A stretch of 61,314 nt of DNA, filler included, from Jimgerdemannia flammicorona (taxonomy: Eukaryota): assembly GCA_003990765.1 (NCBI GenBank). It is 3 parts of 3 records of this genome, joined end to end, with 100 filler letters (N's around TTAATTAATTAA, not from the genome) between each part and the next. Parts side by side here need not be neighbours in the genome. Positions count along the whole stretch, not along the records: positions 1 to 20,376 come from RBNJ01001696.1; positions 20,477 to 40,847 come from RBNJ01001697.1; 1 more part is not named here. One strand, written 5' to 3'. Both the position numbers and the translations under genes were made by a program. Shown here in pieces: positions 13,684 to 24,792 of the stretch. Within the stretch, counting starts at the first letter, position 1. Each line of letters opens with the position of its first letter. The notes beneath the pieces were generated by a model. The model searched no databases. It was not told the origin of the DNA and was given only the letters and a program-made list of their open reading frames with translations.

Positions 13684-13980
13684 TCCGGACCCGGACCCGG
13701 ACCCGGACCCGGGCGCCTACTCTCTAACTATGGACTGCACAAACCAGAACTGCCCCGGACCTGGAGCGAACTTTCTCACCACGGGCTGCACGAACCAGAA
13801 CTGTCCCAGAACTCTCTCTTCACGGACTGCCCGGACCAAAACTGCACCAGATCTGGGATCTGGACTGCATTGACCCGGCTATATATTCGCGAACTCGTGA
13901 CGAACTACCTGTTCGCAAAAAAACCTGTTCAGTTCGTAGTCAGGACATAGTGGTTCAAGAGCTGTTCAGTTCGTACAACT
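13684..13980. repeat. CCGGAC tandem array plus short repeated motifs; possible DNA-transposon/MITE subterminal region
   Basis: (CCGGAC) about x4 at 13684-13712, repeated CTGCAC(A/G)AACCAGAACTG, and CTGTTCAGTTCGTA x2. Confidence 0.55.
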
Positions 13981-14229
13981 GACAAAATTTTTCATGAACG
14001 ACTTGAACTGAAAGTTTTTTTCCTGATGCGAATCCAAAGAAATTCAGCCCAACTCATAGAAGTATATACATTGAAGGAGAGGAGGAAGATTCCTCGGTCA
14101 CCAAAAAGATATGGAAGGCTGTGACAGACCCGTAGTTGTGCTAACGAACGCATGCCACAAGATGGTGTGGATACTGTTTTTGGCGACGAAAGCCATCTCA
14201 TGGATCACCTGGCCAATTAAACAGCCAAG

Positions 14230-14359
14230 CACACAAAGCAACTAACGAATGCACACAAAACACACACAAAGCAACTAATTCACACAAAGCAACTAATTAA
14301 ACAGGTCAAGCACACAAAGCAACTAACGAATTAAACAGTCAAGCACACAAAGCAACTAA
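14230..14359 (+). repeat. five copies of a 16-nt core CACACAAAGCAACTAA
   Basis: Copies start at 14230, 14263, 14281, 14311 and 14344, with irregular and partly repeated spacers. Confidence 0.9.
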
Positions 14360-14569
14360 CGCAGAAGCCACCGCAAGAGTTAGACAAACGTTCTCATACT
14401 ACTGCCCCGACTCGAGCCCTTCCATATCTGTATTGTGATGCTCCCAGTTAGTAGGTATTGATAGCACAAATAACTACAGACAAAGACAAATATGTTGTGA
14501 CTTAAGATTGCGACCACAATTTATTTAAGCCCCCGAGACCGACCAGATTGCGCTCTTCGCTCGATTCAC

Positions 14570-16037
14570 ATGGGAAACGAATCAAGCAAACAGAAGACGT
14601 TAAATGGAAAGGCGAGCAGAGTCGCGAAAGGCGCGGGGGCTGCTGGTGGCGCTCTCGTTGCCTCGCCGCTAGTGATCATTGCATCTCCCTTGTATTTGGG
14701 TCCGCAGCACTTTATCGAACAAAATACCACCGGATTGGGAATTGTGCCCAACGCAGTGGCTGGGTTAGTAGCAGGAGCGTTGGCTGCACCCTTCTTACCC
14801 CTCGTTTTGCCCTTCATGGCGGCAAAACAAGCGCTCAATGGTGCATCGGGACAAGAAAAGGTATGGAATGAGTTATCCTCCTCTCATCGCAAGATTCGTT
14901 ACATTGAACCAACTTTAACACTCAGTCCAAAACGTGCCCAGTCGTCGCCTGTCGGTGACTATATTGCAGCTTCAGTGGCGGCAAACGAAGCGTTCAATAC
15001 AGTTCCACCAAGAAGTGTGGTGTCTCAAGGGGCCATCGAAGAAGTTCGCGAATATTTCGGAATGGATTGCGATAATTGCTATAATATTGCCATAGTCGGT
15101 GGATCAGGACAAGGAAAGGTAGGAATAAATGAAGTTGACATGTCAGATATGTTCCTAGTATCGCAAGTTTCGTTATATTTATCCAATTTTAACACCTAAC
15201 CAAAATGCTTAGTCGTCGCTTATTAACGGTCTCAGTTGGGGAGGACGAGACAGCCTCTGGCATTAAGTCTTACCAACACCCTGACTTGAATACGCTTGTC
15301 CTGTGGGATTTACCTGGCGGTGGCGCTGAACGCAATCCAGGAGAACCATATTTCCCTGATAAGATGATGTTCGCTTTCGATGCATTGATAGTTGTTACAT
15401 CTGCAAAGTGAGTACTAATTAAAATGTCCAAATAGAATTTCCTCGTTTATGTAATTGAGTTACCGACTTTAAAATACGTGCTTTCATACTACAGGTTTTT
15501 GCAGATTGAGCTTGATATCGCAAAACAAGCAAACGAGAAGGGAGTACCAATATATTTTGTACGGAACAAGGCTGATCAGGTAGAGAGACCTGAGATCTTG
15601 AAATTATATTTGCATTTAAAGCTACTGTTTGCTCACGTATATCATTTTTTCGTTCTAAACTATGCAGAGCATTGAGTCAAAGCTACGCAAGAACAGCAAG
15701 ATGACCTGGGAACAAGCGGCTATGGAATTACAAAAAGAGGTGAACTATGACGAATTCTTTGCAAGTTCATCTTTGAATAGGTTCTCATTATTATCATTAT
15801 TTTCTAATATGGTTTCAAATAAAACAATAGGTTCACAAGAACATTCGGGGGCAAATCGAAGCGACCGGATTGGAACTCGACAAATTATTTATCCTTTCAG
15901 CTTGGCATCTTCAGGAACTTGTTGAGCTAATGGTCAAGAGCAAAGAGCCATCGGCTACGCTCCATTTGATGGACGAGTTCCGGCTTGTTGACATGTTAAT
16001 CAAGGAAACAATATCCTATAGATCCGCCGCCTCGTAA
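14570..16037 (+). pseudogene. Immunity-related GTPase (IRG/IIGP)-like P-loop GTPase, frameshifted in this assembly
   Basis: Exons 14570-15118, 15213-15407, 15495-15579, 15668-15739, 15831-16037. G1 NIAIVGGSGQGK|SSLINGL, G2 VGEDET, G3 LVLWDLPGGG, G4 YFVRNKAD, G5-like FILSA, N-terminal MGNESS. The frame breaks between SSLINGL and VGEDET near 15234. Confidence 0.8.
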
Positions 16038-16229
16038 AATACCTTCGTATTTAGCTTTGGCGGTCATTCCATACAATTATATATATGGCAAGAATTCATT
16101 GTAGACCCCATTAAATACTATATTCAAGGACCAGATTCTTCCTCTTTTGCTTCCATTACGTTTCATCAGTTTATATTGCGCCCTCCTCTCTTCGAATATC
16201 ACGTACATGTATAGTGGTTAACTGATCTG

Positions 16230-16294
<65 letters not shown>

Positions 16295-16788
16295 AGGACT
16301 GATCTCTCTCGCACATTTTTCTGTGCAAAATACGCTCAAATAAAAAAATATTGACATTGATCATTGTATTTCATACTTCTTCATCTGGCGACATGGATAT
16401 GATGGGTATGAAAAGGGCAGAAAAATAATTCATTCATAATCCACCAAACAATGAGCGATGAAAAAGGAGGGATATTCACTGCACGCCGAACGAGATAAAT
16501 TACAACAGGTCAGTAAAGTAACAGTCGATTAATAGCACAGCGGTTCTCGTCAATTTTTTAACCCTATCCGTCATATTTTCAATCGACACGGCCAACACCG
16601 TGCGATCGTACAGATTGAATAGTGACAAGATTTCTCTCAACATCTTGTACCATTCAGGGGCGGATTGAGCGGAGCCAGATGTCTGACACCAGGTTTGTCA
16701 CAATTCCCTTGTGCCAAAGCCTGGACAATATATTCTAGAGGTCGATGTTTTGCAATCCTAGAAGTTTGTGATCACCAGATTATTTCAA

Positions 16789-16911
16789 TGGCGATTACTA
16801 CCAAGCGTCAATTTGCCACACGAAACGCGGCTACCCTACCTATTGTCTGTAATGATGACTTTGAAATCGAAGGCGGCCAAGAAATTTGAGATAAAGTCTG
16901 GATGGCGGCGA
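16789..16911 (+). repeat. dispersed repeat, copy 2 (copy 1 at 12487-12661)
   Basis: TGGCGATTACTAC...CTACCTATTGTCTGTAATGATGACTTTGAAATC...GCGGCC...GATAAAGTCTGGATGGCGGCGA. Confidence 0.75.
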
Positions 16912-17027
16912 CAACAGCTAAGGATGCAGGGATATAAGGTCCCAGGTACCATTGTCAATGAGTGAGTTATATTCCTCATCTATCGTTTCTCTCCATTTCT
17001 TACTGTTTGAGAATGTTATGGCTTCAT

Positions 17028-20000
17028 TGTAGGACTGAGGTTCTCTAACCATTGCTATGTATATTGTAATGGTGACCTCAGAATGATGACATCAGCACAG
17101 GAGACAGCCTTTCCTTACAAGCCACCAGATCAGAGTATAAGAAGATTATATGGCATGACTCATCTGGGCTACAAGATGAGCAATGATGACCAACCATGAG
17201 TTATTGTGACCACAAGACAGATATCTTGAGGAATATAAAAGAAGGATCAAGAAACTGCAGTAGCAGTAATCCAAACAAAGCTTACAGAAATAGTTCTAAA
17301 GACTTACTATAAATAAAATGTCTATTGCTTACCAAATCTCAAGGTCTAGAAACTACCAAGGTCCCTCAGTCTAGGATAGGATGTTCTAAGACATCAGAAG
17401 AGCTATGGGGACCCACACAAGAAGGACTCCTAGCCTTAATCTGGATTCTGGTGACCCTTATTATTATATTCTCTACTGCTATAAAATGGAAACAAGGATC
17501 ACTATTACTACTGAATATCTCTAGATATAGTAGAAGTATAAAATAGGAAACCTCCTCTGCCAGGAATTCCCTCAGGCCAGTTCTCAGAAGATTCAAGATA
17601 TCATCTCTATAGATATATATAAAATAAGAATAGTAAAGAAGATTTATCAGATCTTCAGATATGTACCATAGTCAATTCCCAACTTAGAGTACACTAGGAT
17701 CTCAGACTTCAAGGAACTGTTAGCCCACTATATCAATGTACTAGAGGCTATAGTGGTTACAGAGACTCAGTCCACTATCACTCTCAATAATGATGAAGTA
17801 GAGAACATCTGATATCTCATCCTCTAGAACAACTTAGATCAATTTATACAAGAATTGATCTCAGCATTCCAAGGCCCCAGTATCTAAAGAGAATATCATA
17901 GATTAGAGAGCCCCCACCACTATTGAATGTAATGATGTTATTAGTGATGATATCATTCTATATAATATGTGTGAAGTATGTAAAATACATGACATATATG
18001 AAACAGATAAAACATTCATGGACTTTATCTCCTTTGAAGACATCCTGTCTCTGATCTCTAGCCTTAATGATAGTAATAAAGATAAAGCCTCTATAGTCCT
18101 GAACATTCTACTTTAAGTTCTTGATAATACTGAATTTTCTACCAGTATCCTTTTTCTATATAACTGTTATTCTTCTGGTATTCTGATCTTACATAACTCA
18201 GAAATTCTTCTGATATTCTTTTCCTATACCACCAAAATTCTACTAGCATTCTAAACTTGTACAATTATTTATACAGATACTTGAACTTATACTTATAACT
18301 GTAGTTTTCTGTATTCCAATATTTTATTTGGTTATTGAAATTTATATTTAGCTTTATAACTTAGCAACTATTAAATTATATTTTATATAAATACCTCTTT
18401 TATTTCCTTTGAAATAAAGTTAGTTCCAGTTCACTTACTCTCAATTTCATATAAGCAATCTAAGAGATAACAAGATAGTTTAAAGATAAGAAGTTTGAGA
18501 ACTATAAGATCTTAGGAAGGTACTCCAATAAGAACTTGCTTATAACAAACTTATAGTTAGTCTAAGATATATACCTTAGAGAGAATCTGATATATTTGAA
18601 GGACTCAGTGACTACTATGTGACAACTTAGTACTTATTGGCTAGTGATTCAAAATGAATCTCTTACTTTCAAGCTAAAAAATGAACAATCACCACAATAA
18701 CTACTCTGACTACAAGAGTTATCCCTATAAGAATTCAAGACAAGATGGAAATGTATTCCCCTATATTCTATAGATATACTACTGAAGAGTCAATTCTGAC
18801 CTTCATTGAAGACTTTGAACAATTTGTTACCATATAAGTCCTTACCATAGATGCACAATTGGCTCTTCTACTAGTCAGCCTCAGAGGACCTACCAGAGAT
18901 AAATTCAATGCAGCTACCATTACTGATGCTGGTGCAGCCAAACTTGCCAACATAAAGACCTTCCTCAGAACTATATACTATACTGAAGAGATCAAGTAAG
19001 CTCTTAAGGATTAACTCAATACTATCTGCCAGAGACTCAGTAAAGATCCCAACTCATTCTATATTTAAATCTACTATCAGATTGTCTTGGCTAGCTATGA
19101 TGATGTCCTTAAGGAACAAATAGCTGATTTAATATTTCTCAAAGGAGTTTACTATGAAATTGTCATAGCAATCCAGTCTACCTCAGCTGCTCTGACTCTT
19201 GACCAGAAAGTGGTCTTTATATAGAGATATTAAACTATCAGACACCCCACCAAATACTTAATAGAGAAAATAACTAGTATCAAGATAGAGCCATTAAAGT
19301 CAACTAGTATCATACCCACTACAGTTATAAATAGACAACCATTCCCACCTATCCCCAAGGTAGCTAAAACTGATCCAGTAGAGGAACTCACCAAGCAGTT
19401 TATCAAGATGACTGCATACTTTGGTGATGTTATTAGAGAAGTCTGAAGTACCAACAGGAGATCAGTACAGAGATTTGCAGCTACTATAGAAGAATACAAT
19501 ATCACATGCTTCAGATGTAGAGAAAAAGGTCACTATACAAAGAGTTGCATGACTGAAACAAGATACAAAGTCCAATCAAGCAATGCTACTAGAACTAGAG
19601 AACAAACCAATACAGTAGTCATTGAGGAGATTAGTGATACTGATGATAAAGATACTATGAGAAGTCTGAATTCTACTCTGTTACTGAAGGTACCAGAACC
19701 TGGTCCAAGCTCTATGACAAGAAGAGCAACAGCAAGTTAGTTGAAAGATTAAAGAAGACCCCAGCTGTCACTATTCAAAGTAAGACCCAACCTGAGGAGA
19801 TTGACCAAGACATAGAGTTAGATGAAACTACCTGCCAAATTATTGAAGACACTATTTCATTCTCAGGGGAAAGTGAAAGCAAGAAAGAACAGAAGCTGTG
19901 CAAGACCAAGATCCACCAGTATGATATCTATAAGGATCTCAAGGAATAGAAGATCAATGCTATTTTTGGACAACTAGCCAAAGTCTCTGCCTTTAGATAG

Positions 20001-20345
20001 CAGTTGAGAGTAGAACTTACAATTACTGTCAAGAACTAAGAGTACAAGATCATAGAAGCTCACAATGTATAAGAAGAATCTGAAAACTTAGGTAAAGAAT
20101 CTGAAGATCAGTACAAGACATCAGCCTATACTCTATATCAGATCAAAGATTGTATCTTTGATGCTATTATTGATATCAGTACTAGAGGATACCTTATAAG
20201 TAAGAAGATAATTGACTACCTAGGCTGGAACATTGAAAAGTCAACCAAAATAGTCTATGTTACAGTAGATAGTATATGAGCTACCCCCCTAGGCAAGATC
20301 TGAGAAGTCTCTATCAAAATAGAAGGAGTTACTATCTCAATAAGC

Positions 20346-20349
<4 letters not shown>
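17028..20349 (+). mobile_element. Degenerate Ty3/gypsy-like LTR retrotransposon (putative 5' LTR, gag, protease), truncated at the contig end
   Basis: CCHC zinc knuckle CFRCREKGHYTKSC at 19507-19548. Decayed retropepsin DAIIDISTRG at about 20160-20190, then PLGKI*EVSIKIEG. Many stops and CpG-depleted. Tentative LTR from TGTAGG at 17028 to TGTGACA at 18624, with TATAAAA near 17233. The superfamily is tentative because RT and integrase are absent. Confidence 0.75.
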
Positions 20350-20376
<27 letters not shown>

Positions 20377-20476
20377 NNNNNNNNNNNNNNNNNNNNNNNN
20401 NNNNNNNNNNNNNNNNNNNNTTAATTAATTAANNNNNNNNNNNNNNNNNNNNNNNNNNNNNNNNNNNNNNNNNNNN
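20377..20476. other. artificial contig linker
   Basis: 44 N + TTAATTAATTAA (stops in all six frames) + 44 N = 100 bp. Confidence 0.97.
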
Positions 20477-21040
20477 TCGAAAGGCCCCACCGAAATATTG
20501 TCCGCCCCAGCCCCGATGACCGCCCCCAGCCTGGCACCCCACTGGTTCACCGTAATCGCCCTTCCTCCTATCTGTGATGGCCATCTCCCCTCCCATCCCG
20601 ACAACACCCGAAAAGCAGTCACCTACACCAGAACCGCGCTCGCCGGGAAGCTCGCCAAAGCCAGAGGGCCCCACCACAGGCACCGAGGACCTGCAGGTAA
20701 CCTACACTGAGCACTTGACGCCCAAGGTCGGCCGACTCCCTACGTAGCCCGAGACACACCGAGACAACTCCTTGTTGGCGACGGCAAAAGGAAGAAGGCG
20801 CCGCACCAAAACGGGTACACCCCAGACGCAGCCGAAGGCACCAGAATCCGCGAAAAAGTGGAGGAAACACCGATCTGACACCGATAAAGGGACAACTCAT
20901 CACCATTGCCCTCCTCCCACCATGCCCTTGCAGGCACAGCAAACCAACCCGAGGTAGAGGGGGTAATAATAGGGGAAAGGGGACTCGGAAGGTTGCCTAC
21001 CAAACCTTGTGACTGGTAAGGTAGCGGAGAAAGGAGGATG
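20477..21040 (-). mobile_element. 5' end of a CpG-rich (young) putative LINE inserted into the RT region of an older LINE
   Basis: The minus strand begins CATCCTCCTTTCTCCG, resembling the CATCTTTCTCCG start of the full-length LINE at 29132. It directly follows the RT codons IRDGTAW of the older copy. Confidence 0.6.
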
Positions 21041-24000
21041 CCAGGCTGTCCCATCTCTGATTAGCTGACTCTCTACAAATTCTCTCTGTTTGGCCCCCAG
21101 AACCTGTTGAACCACTCCCTGCAGCCTAGTCACCAGCACCTTCATGACTAGCTTGTGATATATATCCAGAAGCATAATCAGCCTTCAGTTTTTCCATTCC
21201 TCTCTCCTCCTCTTATTCTTAAACAGCAGAGCCACAAGCCCCAAGCTCTGCCCTCCAATCCATACCCTAGAGCCTGTCACTTCATCACACATTACTGTCA
21301 TTTCTTCTAGAGCCAGCTTGATCTCTGCCATTCTCTTCCAGAAATCCCACTATAGGCCATCTCCCCCTGGTGCAGTCCCTGAGCTTGTCAACAGTAGAAC
21401 TCACTGAATCTCCTCTCTCTAGAGAGTAGTACCAAGTTTATCTAAATCTGCTACCAGATCAAAGTGCTATTTTTCCAAGTGTCTGTAAATGTCCGACACT
21501 CTCTTCCCACTATTCTCCTCACTCTACAAGCATTTTCACCACTTGCTCAACTAGTCTAGAATTTCTGATATCCCAACAACCAACTCTCCATCCTCATCCA
21601 GAACCCCCTCCCACTGCTGCCAGACTCTTCTCACCTGTAACATCTGTGACAAAAACTTAGTAGGCTGTTCCCCCTCCTCCAATTTCTGTTACTGCAGTCT
21701 GGCAGCCATACCCTTAACCTATAGGTCCTCCTCCTGCTGCAGAATGCCCTTCAGCTCCTCCACCTCCAGCCTAGCCCACTGTATATACCAATCCCCCTCC
21801 TCTCCCTCATTTGCCAGATCCATCTAAGTTACCAATAACCTCACCAACCTCTGGGAGGCCAACCTTATATGCTTCCTCCTCTGGGCACCCCACACTCTTC
21901 CTGCCTTCCCCCAGTACCATTGTGTCTCAGATTTCAATTGTATCCAGCAATCCCTAATCCCCAGTCCCACTGCTCTCCAACTAATAATTCTAGAGCCAAT
22001 GTCTATCACCTATGCCTCCTATAGAGAGGTCACCTAGCAAAGAGGTATTCAGTCACCAATGTCTAGGCCCTCCCTCTCACCCCAAAATACCCCCATCCCA
22101 ATAGACCCCAGTGATCTAACTATGGACACCAAACAGTCTCTAATGTCCTCCAAATATCAGCTTCCCAGCAATCTACAGTCAACATCCAGTCAATCTTCAA
22201 GCCTAGTCCTACTATCCAGTAGGTGAAGACTCTGCAATATCTCTATCCAAGTCTCCCAGCATTTACTGGAGAGCTCAAAATTTGACCTCCTCTCAGGCTT
22301 CTATATCCCCACTTCTATCCATCATTCCCCTACCCCCATTAGTTCTGTCTATCTTTCCATCATGTATTATGTTAAAGTTCCTCTCTAGAAAATCAATCTC
22401 TGCCTCCACCAACACTCCAGACATGTAGCCCTCAGATCTATTCCACTCTCTCCCTCCTTTCTGCTGGACAATAGCATAACTCAATCATCAAAGGCCTACA
22501 GCCTGGCCACTACCAAACTCTCCACACTAACCTGCTCTCCCAATGTCTAATATCACCAATATCCCCCTTGCTCTTTCAAATCAGAATGCCCACACATTCT
22601 CTCTAAACAGCCACACTATCCCATTTCTTTGTCTATTTCTGACCATTCAAGTCCCCATCACACCCAATATCCTGCTGTAAGAATAAGTCAGCATCTGCCC
22701 CCTTCAGCCATCCAAAGATATTCTGCCACCTCACAGCCCCTCATGGCCCATTGACATTCAGAGATAAGATTCAAGTTGTATCATTCATAATGAAAAATGT
22801 TGTTTGAAGTACAGCCATCTACTCTACAATTCCATACTTGTTACATCCCCAGCAACATTTATGTTCCTCTCTACCTCCAGTTCATCTGCCTCCCTCTGTT
22901 GAGTCTCTAATGCCTCTAAGATCTCCTGATAATCCATACCATCTACAGTCTCCATCTCTGTATAGTACTCCTTACATATTATCTGATACTTCATAAGTTC
23001 TTTTCTTGGGACCCATATATAATTGGCTCTGTTTTTCACAATTACTAGCAGTGCCACCTCTCTGGCATCATTTACCTGATATGCCTTGGTCTCCAACAAT
23101 ACTACCATTATCTCATCCCTGCACCTCCTCTCTATGCAAGATTTCATCCCAGTGCCTCTTACTCTATACCTGGATGTCCTCTTCTCTCAGATCCTCAGCC
23201 ACTATATTCTCCAGCATCTTCCACAGCCATTTCTCCTTGAGCTTGACCTCTGCCACTCTCTGGGCCACTCCCATCCTCCCTTCCACCTGCCCCCCCTCTG
23301 CATTCCTCCTTGCTGACTCATCCCAGTTCTCCTCCAGAACATCTTGCAATTTATCATCTCCTCTAGCCCCACCTGGTACTCTAAACTGAGGGCCCTCCCC
23401 CTCTACCATCTCTGCATCATTCACAATGATACTCAGCCCCACACTCTCCCCCCCTCCTGGGATTCCCTCTGGTTTCACCCCCTTCTCCCCTGCCCAGGCA
23501 CTTGCCTTTGATCCAGCCACATCATTGGTATTCCCCCCAGCTACCCCCCCTCTCAACTTAGCCAGCAGCTCCTTCAGAATGCACCTCCCTTGTGCTCTCT
23601 ACCAGGCTGCCTGATCCAGCTGCACCTTCTTGCCATTGATAATCTCAACAACCATCTTGGCCTCATACTCCTTCCAGGCCAACTTCCTCCTCTCCACCAC
23701 TCCAGCCAGATCCTCCAATGCCTCCAGTAGGTTCCCTTCTTCCTCCAGTGTCTCTTTCACTCATGAGACCTTGTACTCTACAAGTCTCTACTTAAGAACT
23801 GCTGGCCAGTCTCTTGCCTTCCCCATATTCTCCTTGTCTACCAGCTGTACCCTGATGTCTACATCTTCTGTCCTGAACTCAGTAACTTCTCAGATCCTGA
23901 ATTCTATATCTACAATCTCTCTGTACTCCTTGACTGCCTTAATAATCAACCCCTTGGCCATCTCCTTTGACACTATAGGAACATCCAGTACCATCAGTTG

Positions 24001-24792
24001 TATTACTCAAGGATCCAGTATAAGCACCAGGCCATGGGGATCACTACCCCCCCCACTACTACTCCCTTCTATATTGTCTCCAGCAGCACCTCTTTCTTCT
24101 CAAAGTCTACCTCCACTCCTTCCAGACTCTTCAAAAACTTCACCAATGCAGCTCCCTTCACCTCCTAGACCAGAAGCCCCAGAATCATCCTTACTATCAC
24201 TGCCAAGCCACTGAAACAATGTGATGGTGAATTATGACCTTGATTTCTTAAGTAATGATGCTACTACCAGGCCCATCACACCATCCACCAGGTCTCTAGG
24301 CCTTGTGCCCCCCTGTCCAGCTCTAGTATCAACCATCACATCTAGATTTTTTTCCAGATTAGTAGTCCTCTTATCATCAGCAGTCCCACTCCCCCCAGCC
24401 ACTACTCCCCCAGCCCTGCTGCCCTCACCACTATGGGCCACTCCTCCAGCACCTACAGCCCTTGCAGTCTCCTTGCCCTTCCTCAGCCAGTCCTCCAGTT
24501 CTGTCATTAGTTGATCTCTCTTCACCTTTTCTGTGAAGCTCATTCTCCCAATCCCCTGTCTCCCAGTACTTCCTCCTCACCTTCTACATCCTCCTGCCAG
24601 TAAGCCCCTCATACTTCCCCCCAAGCCATAACTCCTCCCTACATATTGCCAGTCGAATACACTAGGGCTGCCCTGCCCAGCACATATCTTGGAATACTCA
24701 TTGGTCACTATGACACTAGTACCTTTTCTCCAAAAACAAAGTCTGGATGGTTGCCAGAAGTTTGTGTAACCTGAATGTTACTGGAGAAAGGC
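21041..24792 (-). mobile_element. Degenerate L1/Tx1-clade LINE (5' UTR, ORF1 about 24711-22824, ORF2 from 22788 into RT)
   Basis: 5' motif CTTTCTCCAGTAACATTCAGGTTACACAA; homology to ORF1 and ORF2 of the 29132 copy; many TAG/TGA stops. Confidence 0.9.

Noticed and set aside
13684..13712. Telomeric repeat or a PDPDPD-coding gene
   Set aside because: It is a short internal CCGGAC array, and the overlapping ORFs have non-ATG starts and no other support.
14230..14359. CRISPR-like array
   Set aside because: The repeat is only 16 nt, the spacers are 2-17 nt and partly repeated, there are no cas genes, and the context is eukaryotic.
20421..20432. TTAATTAATTAA palindrome as a regulatory site
   Set aside because: It is embedded in N runs and identical at 40892-40903, so it is a synthetic six-frame stop linker.
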